The notes beneath the pieces were generated by a model. It searched no databases. It was not told the origin of the DNA and saw nothing but the letters and a program-made list of their open reading frames with translations. From assembly GCF_009914755.1 (NCBI RefSeq), contig NC_060927.1: a stretch of DNA of 64,000 nt; one strand, 5' to 3'. A program made the position numbers and the translations under genes. This document shows, in pieces, positions 27,239-39,077 of the stretch (its first letter is position 1; each line of letters starts with the position of its first letter). This DNA comes from the human T2T-CHM13v2.0 reference genome, Homo sapiens.

Positions 27239-27849
27239 TTACAAGAAAAACAATTTGGAATGCTACAGGGTAAACAGTGTACTTAGAGAGAGCGAAGTTT
27301 CCATTGGAGGAAGAAAGTAAAATAAGTGTTTGAAGAATCTATTGAGAATCTAAAGAGTTTTACTAATAATGAACAGGGAATCCCAAAGGCACAATGGACA
27401 GATTTCAGGAGTTGGAAAGAACTGAAGGCAGAATAGTAAATGTGAAGAGTGTCTGTGAGCGATCAAGATACTTTATTGATCTTGTGGCAATGTTGCAAAA
27501 CCCAACAAGAGAATCACAATCACAGCAGAGAGGCCATGTGGTTTTGGAGCACAGTCATTCTTGCTCCAGGAAGTAAATATACTCCTTTTGAGAAATAGCT
27601 GCTGATCTGCAAACAGACCCAGGTGAAAACTAAGTACCTGTCCATCAGATGCCAAGTGACTATGTTACTTGAGCAACTCCGTACTATTTTGTGTTTTGGT
27701 GTTAGATTCATCTAGGCATAAATGTAGGCATGCTCAGAAGCATGCAGCTCAAATGAGGAGACTACTAACTCCTTCCATAAATGAATAATTTCTAAAAACT
27801 TTACAGGGGGAGATAATATATAATAACAGCAAGATTGCCTACTCTGTGG

Positions 27850-28205
27850 AAATCAGCCTTTTCCCTGCCACCTTTGCACTTACTTAATGGGCATATGAGC
27901 AAAAAGTTCATGAAAGAAAAGATGAAGGTTATGTATCCTTGATCCCTCTATCATGCTATTGCCCATCCTGAGTGGCCAAATTTTAATCAAATATGCTAAA
28001 TTATGTGTCCTCCATTATGCACTATAACCCAAGAAGGTAATGTGGTGGTGAGAATAGATCATTTCTCATTTCCATTATGGAGAGTACCATAAAATTTCCT
28101 TACCGAAATAATTGAATATTTATGTTTTCTTTCCCTGCCTGTCATATTTTGTTTAGGCTACTATTTTTTCACTTACTGATTGCTTTGTGCAGTATCATGG
28201 TATAG
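27850..28205 (+). mobile_element. ERVL/MaLR pol-integrase relic
   Basis: CAGCCTTTTCCCTGCCACC...AATGGGCATATGAGCAAA and TTCCCTGCCTG...ATCATGGTAT resemble the ERVL integrase region. Confidence 0.55.
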
Positions 28206-28649
28206 GCATTAGTCAGAGTAGGCCAGGCTCTTCTTCCGTGACAAATAAAACTGAAATATCTTTTGACTTACCATATTTTTTTGGTTTTTTTTGCTTATGT
28301 CATAGTTCGAAACAGTTTGCTTGACTCTTCATGGAGGCTGTCTGTCAAGCAACATCTCAGAGATCCATCATTATTCAATCTTTGTGTCACTGTAATCTTA
28401 AGCATGTGACACCCAAACTTGCTGCAGATAGGAAAAATAAAGTAAGACTTATTGTTTGAGAATTTTGTAGACAGGCCTACAAGAGATATTTAAAAGTTCC
28501 TACTACATCCTTTTGGCCAGAATATAAACCCAGGGTCCATATAATGTCACAAAGGAGCTTGAGAAAATAGCCTTCCTATATGACAAGAAAAATGAATAAT
28601 TAAAAAAATTAAAAACCAATATGTGAACCACAGCATTCTCTATGCTACA
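28206..28649 (-). mobile_element. MLT1K/J-like LTR
   Basis: ATTAGTCAGAGTAGG...TTGGCCAGAA...CTCTATGCTACA. Confidence 0.6.
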
Positions 28650-29446
28650 GTGTACCCATCTCTCCACAAAATAGAGCATCATCAACACATATATATTTTT
28701 TAAATCTTGCTTCTTCTTTCTGCTCCCTTTAATTCATCAATTATAGTACTATTGTTAAGAGTAGATTTAAAAATATACCTCATGAGTAGCAGAATATAAG
28801 ACAGGATTTTAACACACCTATACGAAAAGAGGACATTAGTTAGTGACACATCTTACTTTGAATCTTCAGTAACCCATGAAGCCTTGAGTTGTCTCCAAAG
28901 GAGACATGGGAATGCATTTTCGGGTTTCTGTGGTAAAATTACATCATCTTCTTATCTGAAGTTAAGTTTAATCTTTGTAAATAAAAGTATTGGGAGACAA
29001 AGTATATAGATACTGGTCAATTAAATTTTATTATTATTTTGGATGGACCACCATCTCAAACCCTTCGTTTCATTTGAGAATTTCCTTACAAGATGAGCTG
29101 TGATGAGATATACATTCCATCTTCCATTACAGAATCCCCCAAAACTAAATTCCATATTTTTCCACTCTGTAATGTGGTATTGACCAATCATTTCAGAATT
29201 TTTAATCTGAAGGTGAGGGTGATGAAAAATTTATCAGACCTTACAGCTAATTCACTCTGATATGTCAAGCAAGAAATAATGATGCTTGATTTCAAATATA
29301 TCTCCAAGGCAAACTGAGAATGTTATATAATAAAAAATCATCAATTTTTAAGACTTGGAAATCTTCCAGGATTTAATATATGTACACTGGAATCTAAGAT
29401 ACATACACTGGAATATTATTCAGCAATAAAAACAAAAGAAGTGACA

Positions 29447-32390
29447 CTTGATTTCTAACGCAGTATGTAAACAGCTTGGAAGTCATAATAACACCAAAAA
29501 ACTCAATAAACTGAATAAAATCAGCAACTCTCTGAGATTCATCAAAGAGGTCAGGTAACAGAAAACTACTGCGATGGAAATTGGAAAGGCAGAGAGGCAG
29601 ATGCAGATAATCACAGCATACTGAAGCAGAAGCCCAGGAACAGAGATCCCTGTGGAAACCAGTACCAGAGTTGGAAAAGAGAAATTGCAATTGAAAAATT
29701 GTTCAAAGCTCAATGTGGATAAGTTTAAGAGTTAAAAATGCCAGGGGTGCCCAATTTTAGGAGGGTTTCATATGTCTTTGAAGTTTATCTGTAGGAACCC
29801 TACCAGATCCTTACAATGAAGATCAGAGTAAAATTCCTTCTTGCTGTCATTATGGGGAGCCATTTTGAAATATGTCCAGAGCATTCTGTTTCTTTTATCA
29901 GCACCTGACTTCAAAAGAAGGTGTTTTACTAGAGCCTAACCAACTGGGGTTCTGCTAGAGCCTAACCATCCTGGGGAAGAAAAATCCCTGACTCCAGCTC
30001 CCTCTATGCTCCTTGTCATATATAAGGAAAACAAAACAAAACAACAACAACAACAACAAAAAAACTGAGCACCATTTAAGAAGGTCACAGCCCATGAGAC
30101 CATGCTCACTAAAACACTCAGACCTAATCATGGGAATTTGAACATCTCCCCTCCCTTCAAACCTCATTGCTACACTAAAGGCACAAATGAGAAAAGAATC
30201 CATGAATTTGAAGAACCGAGAAATGCCAATAAAGAATTCCAAAACTGAAATTCAAAGAAAAAAATTAAAAAGGAAGAACAGAATATCAAATAACTGTGAA
30301 ATAATCATAAAAGCACAATATATTTTTAATAGGAATATGGAAAGAAGAAAAAAAAGAGAATGTAACATAGACATACTTAAAGCAATAGTGACTGCAAACT
30401 TCCCAAATTGAATGATAGACATCAAACTACAGATCCAGGAAGCTGAGAAAACAAAAAGCTGACAAAATATTGAAACAACCATATCCAGACATATTATATT
30501 CAAACTACAGGAAATCAAAGACAATGGGATAATCTTGAAAGAAGCCAGAGGAAGAAAAAAATAAACACCTTACCAACAGAGGTGTAAAAATAAGAATTTT
30601 AGGACTTTTATTTTCAGAAATAATGTAAGCAAGAAAAGGGTAGACAAACATTTGAAGTAGTGAAAGGAAAATTTCATCAATTTAGAGTGCTCTGTTCAGC
30701 AAAATCATTCTTCAAATCTGAAGATAAATAAATACTTTCACAAACAAATATTGAGAGAACACTGTGAGTAGACCTGCCTTATGAGAAATATTGAAAGAAA
30801 TTATTCAGAAAGAAGAAAAGTAATATGGTTGGAAACGTGGATCTACATAAAGAAAGAAAGAGGATAAGTGAATACATAAATAAAAATAAAGTATTTTATT
30901 ATTCCTAATATTAATTTATCTAAGAGATGGTTATAGCTTATGAATAAGGGAAATAAAAATAATGTTATAAGAAATGAGAGGTCAGATCCAAGCTTCTGCT
31001 ATAAAATACACCTTAACAAATTTAAAGTGTAGAAATCATATAAAATATGCTTTCTGACCAGAATATAATTAAACTAGAAATTATTAACTAAAATATAGTT
31101 GAATAAGCCCAAAATCTCACAGATTTAAGTACTCACTTCCAAATAGCACATAAATAAAAAATAAACTAAATAATTTTGAAAATGCAACTTTCCAAAATTT
31201 ATGGGATGCAGAAAAAGCAGCTATTAGAGGGAAATTGATAGCATTGAATGCGTATGTTGAGAAAGAAGAGTCAATAATTTAAGATCTCACCTTAGCTAAC
31301 TAGAAAAAGAAGAACAAATAAAATTTAAAGTATTCAGAATGAAAATTAATTTTAAGTTATAGCAGAAATCAACAAAATTGAAAACATAAAATAGAGAACA
31401 ATCCACAAACCAAAAGTTTATTCTTTAAAAAGATCAATAAAACTGAAAACATTAAATCAATAGAGAAAAACCCACAAAACTAAATGTTTATTCCTTGAAG
31501 ATTAATTAATTGATAAAACTCCAGAGAGGCAAACTAATTAAAAAGGGGAGGAAATTCAAGTTACTAATATTGGAAATATAAGAGGGGCTATTGTTCCTAA
31601 TCCCATGAACACTAAAAGCTCAATAAATCAATATTATGAGAGCAATATTCTTCTTAAACCAATTGAAATAGGTAATCTGTACAAACAAATATCTATTTAC
31701 AAAATTAGACCTATTTACAAAGTTACCTCTAAAACAGGAACTATCAAGTTCCAATGAGTTCACTGGTGAGTTCTAGAAAACATTTTTTAAAAATGTATAC
31801 CTTTTTCTTCCATCTCTTCTAGAAAACAGAAGGAATGAATAGGAATACCTCTTACCTGAATCTATGAACCCAACATACCCCAACACCAAAACCAGTCACA
31901 GACATGAGAGGAAAAAAAAAGAAAAAGAAAAAAAAAAACTATAGAAAGACCATTACCTCTCATGAACACAGATGCACAACTTTTCAACACAAACTAAATA
32001 CAACATTGTATAAAAATATTATATACCATGACCAAATGAGATTTATTCCACATTTGCAAGGCTCCACATTCAAACTTAATATGATCATATAAATAGAGGC
32101 AGAAAAAGCATCTGGTGAAACATTTATGATAAAAATTCTTAGCAAACTAGGAGTAAAGGAGGAACTTTCTCAATTTCAAAAAGAAAATCTTAAAAAAAGA
32201 ACTGCAGCTAACATTATATGCAATAGGTTAAAATATGGGAAATGGCAAACTTCAGGGAGAAGTATTGGGGGTATATGAAAACTTTGTACTTAGAGAGAGG
32301 GTACTTACAATAAGCTTTTCTGTAAATCTAAAACTGCCTCAAAATAAAGTCTGTCTTTATAAATAAAGTCTTTAATTAAAAAATTATAAA
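29447..32390 (+). mobile_element. L1MD-like element (5' UTR, ORF1, deleted ORF2, 3' end) nested in an L1MB 3' end
   Basis: AGCTTGGAAGTC...AAATCAGCAACTC 5' UTR; ORF1/ORF2 motifs; TTTTCTGTAAATCTAAAACTG 3' end. Confidence 0.7.
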
Positions 32391-32399
32391 GCACTTCAA

Positions 32400-32750
32400 A
32401 AGATAAAAACATGAAGTACAGATATGTGCTATAATATAAATGGGCCTTGAAAAATTATGTTAAGTATAGGAAACCAGCCATATGTTACATAAGTTCATTA
32501 AATGAAATGTACAGAATAGGCCAATCCATAGAGAACGAAGGTAGAGTGATGTTTATCATGAGCTGTGGGCAGAGAGTACTGAAAAGTAACTGCTAATATT
32601 GTTTTGGGGGAGGTTGATGAAAATATTCTAAGATTAGGTATAAGTGATGGTTGCACAGTATTCTTAATGCACTGAGAATCATTGAATTGTCCTCTTCAAA
32701 AGATGGAACATAATTGCACATGAATTATATCTCAATATAGCTGTTACTAA
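32400..32750 (+). mobile_element. L1MB 3' end (continues the piece at 29400-29446)
   Basis: CAGAATAGGCCAATCCATAGAG...GTGATGGTTGCACA...TGAATTATATCTCAAT. Confidence 0.75.
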
Positions 32751-33166
32751 GAAAGAGAAAGAGACAGAGAGAAAAACAGAAAATCTTCCATATACATATA
32801 ACATTGTTTTTTCTCTCACATACCAACAAAGATTCAATGAATTTCATAATAAGATGGTAACTTTGCTTCATATATTACTATACCCAAAACTTAATTTTAA
32901 GTAAACAATTTTTGAATAATTACCTTTAGACATTTGAATATATGTGCAACCTGTGTTGAGCTTTATTACCACAAATCATCATAATTTATCTACATGAACT
33001 TAATAATCTATCTACATAAACCTAATAATCTATCTACATATATAAAGATCTGCTAAGAAGTACATTTAAGATGTTTTCCTTAAATCTATTAGTGTAATAG
33101 TGCATTAATATGAAAATAACTGAATTGACGTTTTCACATAATATGCAATAATTTCATGAATCTATG

Positions 33167-33668
33167 TGTAGTTGGCAGTATAATGACCCCCAAAGATGTT
33201 CACTCCTCAATCTCCAGAACTATGGAATATCTTACATGGCAAAAGGGAGTTTATTAGAAAGTTAAAATTTTTACATGGGAAGTTTATCCAGGATTATTCC
33301 TTATTCCATTGAGCCTAATATAATGACAAAAATCCTTATAAGTGAGAAATGGAGCCAGGGAGTCAGAGTGAGAGAAGGAAATGTGATCAAGTAAGCAGAA
33401 GTTAGAGTGCTACATTGCTGGCATTCAAGATGGAGAAGAAGTCACAAGTCATCATTCTGGAGATGACCTATGGAAGCTGGAAAGATCAAGGAAGCTGGTT
33501 CTCCTATAGAACCTCCAGGAAAAAATGTTCCCATGCTAACATCTTGATTTTAACCCAGTGAGACCCACGTTGGACTTCTAACCTCCAGAACTACTCAATA
33601 ATAAATATGTGTTGTGTTAAGCCACTAAATCTGTGGCAATTTTTTATATTAGCAATAGAAAACTTATA
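33167..33668 (+). mobile_element. MLT1D LTR
   Basis: CCCCCAAAGATGT...CCCAGTGAGACCC...GACTTCTAACCTCCAGAACT...AGCAATAGAAAACT. Confidence 0.85.
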
Positions 33669-33847
33669 GTATATATTTGAATATGAAGATATATATCTGA
33701 GGTGAATTTATTTTAGTTTTATGTACTAGAAAAGAGGTTACCTAGTTTTATAAACTATTATATTTTCAGATTATGAACTTTTTACATCTTCATATTTTTA
33801 CATTTAAATTTGGGTTCCAGGAAGCCACACAAAAATATGCATTCATC

Positions 33848-34155
<308 letters not shown>

Positions 34156-34192
34156 AAATATGTGCATTTATCTTGAACTTTGATTTCTAGTA

Positions 34193-34561
34193 TGTATTAG
34201 TTTTTCTCAAACTGCTATGAAGAAATACCTGAAACTGGGTAATTTATAAAGGAAAGAGGTTCAATTGACTCACAGTTTTGCATTGCTGGGGAGGCCTCAG
34301 GAAACTAAAAATCATGGTAAAAGGCAAAAGAGAAGCCAGCAACTTTTTTCATAGAGCAGCAAGGAAAAGTGCTAAGCAAAGGGTGAAGAGCCCCTTATAA
34401 AACCATCAGATCTCCTGAGATCTCACTCACTATCATGAGAACAGCATGGGGGAAACCACCCCCATGACCCAATTACATCTACCTGGTCCCACCCTGGACA
34501 CCTGGGGATTACTGCAATTGAAGGTGAGATTTCGGTGGAGACACAGAGCCAAACCATATCA
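34193..34561 (-). mobile_element. THE1D-like solo LTR
   Basis: TGTATTAG...GAGGCCTCAGGAAACT...ACACAGAGCCAAACCATATCA. Confidence 0.9.
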
Positions 34562-35514
34562 CAGCATAATAATTTTCCCAACACTGCTTCATTATTTCAT
34601 GGCTTTTCTTTAGAGTATCATTTATAGTATCTGCAACTTTAATATCTAAATCAAATTATTTTGTAGAACTAGGTAGTTATGAACATTAAAAAATAAAGAT
34701 TATAAAGTTTCAAATGGACAATAATATGTGATTAATTTAATACTGTTTATCTAGGTGAAAGTGAAGGAGTAAAATTTGTCAGGATTTGGCTGTAGAAAAT
34801 ATTTTAAAAGCTTTAAATTTTAAAGTTAGCATTTTGGTGTGCAAAATCATAGCTTTATTTCTCCATAGAAGAATTCAACTTAGTACACAATTTTCCATTT
34901 ACACTGAAGGCAGAAAAAGAAAACAAAACACCTCAAACCTGATAGGTGAAGGTCACTTTCAGTCAATTCAATACTTGTGCTGAGACAAATTCATGGCTCT
35001 TCCTTGCCATTCATTTATTCCTTTCTCAGGGTATTTGCAGTAAGGGAAAAGAACTATTAATCATCTTGTCATCAGGGGAGTGGTTTCTGTGCTTGAAGTA
35101 AATACAGTTTCTCATGACTAGTCTGAAATATATAACTCATCTCCACTATTTCTGCTGTAATTTACCAGGCAGTGTGACTTGTAGTCGTTTCTCAATGGCC
35201 ACTCAGGAGAACTCAGAGTCAGTCCACCTGATCACTTGGCTCCATCTTTTTTTTTTCCATCTAGATTCTGGCTTTGGTTATTTATCCCACAGCCTTTCCT
35301 GTCATCCCTTCATCCCAAGCCATCGTTTCCCTCGGACAAGCACACTGTTTTAAGTTTCTCAATTCTTAACTTATTTTCTGGTACTAAGAGAGGATGGTTG
35401 GTAGTAAGAATGAACTTTTCACACCCTCGAGGAAGTGGTGAAAACATGTCACTAGAATTACAGGTACATGTGAAACACATAAAGACATTTCTTTTTTGTG
35501 TGTGTTTGCCCCAG

Positions 35515-35544
35515 GACCGTGTGGAGCCCTCTGGTTCGTCGAAA
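35515..35544 (+). other. Candidate 30-nt microexon (unverified)
   Basis: Pyrimidine/TG tract and TGCCCCAG acceptor, then AAA|GTAAAC donor; length divisible by 3; CpGs retained. Confidence 0.25.
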
Positions 35545-36019
35545 GTAAACTGTTTCTTTATTCACTTGCGTTGTCCGTATAACTAGATTTTCGATTTTGG
35601 TTTTGTTTTAAATCTTCATGGTCTAAATTAGTCACATTCTATTTTAAAAGTTTTTTTTGCAATTAAAAATAGAAAACAAAACAAACACAAAATATTTTTT
35701 TCCTCAGTCAAATGTTTTTAAGAATAACTGCTTCAATTAAGTACTTAGCAAAGGTGAATTTAAAACTGGAAGCTGCTCTTGCAGCTTGAAATTGATTCAA
35801 TTGATAGAGTTAAGGAACACTTTAAAGAAATAAAAATAGTGTGAACTAAAACACAGCAATTAGTATTTCATGCCTAGTGTCTTAATAAAGGCAGAAATAA
35901 TAAGTTACGGAATATATTTCTCTGGGAAAGAACACAAGTTGCTTGTTTTGACAAAAGCTCTAATATTGGATAACTTGCTCTGTACAGCATTTTGTTTTAA
36001 TCATATTACCGTACTATAG

Positions 36020-36255
36020 CATTAAGGTGGAAAGTCTTAGTTCTAGAGACAGTATTTTTAAATCTGAGCTTGTTCATCTCTTCGTTATGTGACTCTATGC
36101 AAGATAATTATCCTTTCTAAGTCTCAGTTTCTTTATCCAAGTAAAAGGATGACATTAGTGCTTGTAGGATTATTGTGAGTATGAAACCAAACAATTTATA
36201 TAAACATACTTGTAAGATTATTATCACACCTGATGAGCTATTGTTATTACTAGTA
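36020..36255 (+). mobile_element. MIR
   Basis: TTCTAAGTCTCAGTTTCTTTATC...AGGATTATTGTGAG. Confidence 0.75.
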
Positions 36256-37002
36256 TTACTATTGGTATATTTGAAGTCATAGGATCATTGTACAATTTCA
36301 AATAAGCGGATTCTGTTCATGCATGGATACCTGTATAAAACAGTGTTGAAAAAGCTTTCCATTTATTTTGTAAAAATGTTTCTAATCATTCTACAAGTTA
36401 TAGGTTCTGTAGCAATCTTAATGCAAGTAAAGAAAGTTATTTGAACAAAAACGATCACAATGCACCAAGTCCTGTACAGTTACAGAAGAACATAATTTCT
36501 GCCCTTTGAGAGTTTTACATTCAAAAGCAACATGATATTAACATTTATTAACATTTCTCTTATGATTGAAATAAGCAGCCCATTTAGCCATACATAAAAA
36601 CAGTCTTCCATTTAAAATGACAATTTCTTTCTAAACTTTTTGAACTATTTGACAAACCAGCTTCAAAAATTTAAGGCTGTAACAAACTTTAAAACATTTT
36701 TCAAAGAAGGGTGCTTTCTTAAAAATATTAGTAATGAGTAAAATAACAAAAGTAGGTGATATAATTTTTCAAAAGTGGCAGGGTGACATAACTCAGGAGA
36801 AATAATTAAATATTTCATAATTCACATTTTTGTGTTTTCAATGGTATATGCTTTATTTCTGTTCCATTTATTTTTCCTCTTCTAAGAAGTAAAAAATAAT
36901 GCAGTAAATTACATAAGCAAGATTATATTTTAGGTAGAAAAAAAGAGATATATATCATTTTCATACAATTTGAGAAGTTATTAGTGCAAAGTAGATTTTG
37001 AG

Positions 37003-37182
37003 CAGGAAGAGAAAATAATTAGAACAAATATACTATCTACTCTTTAAGATTTTCAGTTTTGTTTCTTAATAGAAGTCAGGAAGAGAAGTCAGGAAGAGAA
37101 AATAGAAGTCAGGAAGATAAACTAATTAGAACAGATGTACTATCTACTCTTTAAGATTTGCAGTTTTGTTTCTTAATAGAAG
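37003..37182 (+). repeat. 73-bp tandem duplication with stuttered junction
   Basis: Copies at 37003-37075 and 37110-37182 (~5 mismatches) separated by two short TCAGGAAGAGAA restarts. Confidence 0.9.
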
Positions 37183-37454
37183 ACATACAGCATTTGAATT
37201 CTATTACCATATATCTTATTTTATTTTTGAAAATTTATAGTAATTGCTTGTTTTTGGAGTATTAGTGTCTATTTTGAACTTGAAACTTATTCACTAATTT
37301 ACTATTTTGTACTTTATTTCTAATTCCAGCTTTACATTTTTTTTCACAAGAAATCCTATGTTCCTTTGGTCATGAATACAACTCAGACATAAAGTTTCTA
37401 TAAATAAGTTCAATATCTGTTGGCTAGTTAGTAATTACTTATATGATCTACATT

Positions 37455-37915
37455 TTTCTCTCTTATTGGTACAAGTGCAGTTTTCTTACATGTGTATATT
37501 GTGTAGCGGTGAAGTCCCAACTTTTTGTGTAATCATCACTCAAATATCCTATACTGTAGATGAGTAATTTCTCATCTTTCACCCTCCTCCCACCCTTCCC
37601 TTGTGTTCAATTCTGTTATTCCACTCTGTATGTTCATGCGTATATTTCATTTAGTTTCTATTTATAAGTAACAATATGTGGTATTTGACTTTTCGATTCT
37701 GAGTTGTAACACCTAAGATAATGAATACCAGTTCCATCAACGTTGCTGCAAAAAATATGATTCCATTCTTTTTTATGGCTGAATATATTCCATTGTGTAT
37801 AAACATATCATAATGTATTAATCTACTCATTTGCTTATGGACTTTTAAACTGATCCCACGTCTTTGCTATTATTGTGAATAGTGCTGCTATAAACATATA
37901 AGGCTATATTTTTGT
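37455..37915 (-). mobile_element. L1PB-like 3' end
   Basis: GGTACAAGTGCAGTTTT...GCGGTGAAGTC...GTTGCTGCAAAA. Confidence 0.8.
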
Positions 37916-39077
37916 ATACATATTTTACTATATTTTATCCCTATTTTAATTTTAATTTTATTCTCAGCTTTTTACCAGAGCCTATTGAAAAGTTGGTCAA
38001 ATACATCCTTGAGTGACGTTAGATTGTCCATAAAACAAACCAAATATCATGGGACATGCTTTCCTGTCTCTGTTTTTGTTTTCCACTTTGCCACCTCTCT
38101 GTTTCTGTGCCCTTATATCCTATCTAAGCACTATTACATTCACTGAGTTTTTGAGTCAAGAGTACTATCTGCTATTAAGACTTCGTTTTAGTAGATGCAA
38201 CCCTCTTTTGCTTGGCAGTCTTGTGACCAGGAGTAGGTGTATGATTAGCTTTTAATCAAATAGATGTGAGAACATTTATAAGGACTGATTCCAGAAAATG
38301 CCTTAAAAAGATGTCACATGCCTCTAATGGTTTTCTTTAAACTTTACATTGTCAAGAACACGCTCAGATATCCCACAAGATAGGAAAAGCGTGTATTTTC
38401 TTAAAGCATGGTAAAGCAACAGAACAGAATAAGAGTTTTTGGATGACATAAAGGAAAAAAAATAACTCTTCCACTGGAGTACCTACCAGGTAAGACATTT
38501 GTGTGATGTAAATCTATCTTTTCTAAGCTGCAGGTGAAGAAATTGTAACAATTTTTTAGACCAACTCTGCTTTCAGTTCTCCACTTTCTCTGCTATCTCC
38601 AAAGAAGCACCATCCAAACACTATTGCAGGCCTTCTTGGGCACTTTCACTACATCTGCTGAGCATTTGTGAATATCCCTGTACCAATAGGGAACACTGCC
38701 CATTCGGCTAAGCACTATTCTTTATTGTTAACTTTTTGCCTAAGATTTTCCCCACTGGTTCCCATACATGTGGGTAACTAATGCCCTAAAACCCTCAATC
38801 TCCTGGACCACTTCCATAGTAAAATGACGGGAAGGCCACTTTCTATTTTATGATATTTTTAACATTGCGTTCTATCGATCAATTAGCACTTTGCTCCTCA
38901 GGTTTATATAGGAATTTGCAATGTAATGGTCGTTTTAGATTTTATTCTTTCCTTTGAATTAAAGCATAACTCTTTGGGAGGCAGAGACAAGTCCAAAAAA
39001 AATCATGGAATACTTAGATTTTTTTTTTTATTCTTACAGCTAACATCTCATGATTGAGTTTTGCTCTTCATGTTTAG

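Noticed and set aside
35464-35514. Possible GT..AG intron upstream of the candidate microexon
   Set aside because: 51 nt is below the usual minimum human intron size
35236-35586. 116-aa ORF
   Set aside because: Non-ATG start, no recognisable protein features; only the 30-nt segment has splice-like context
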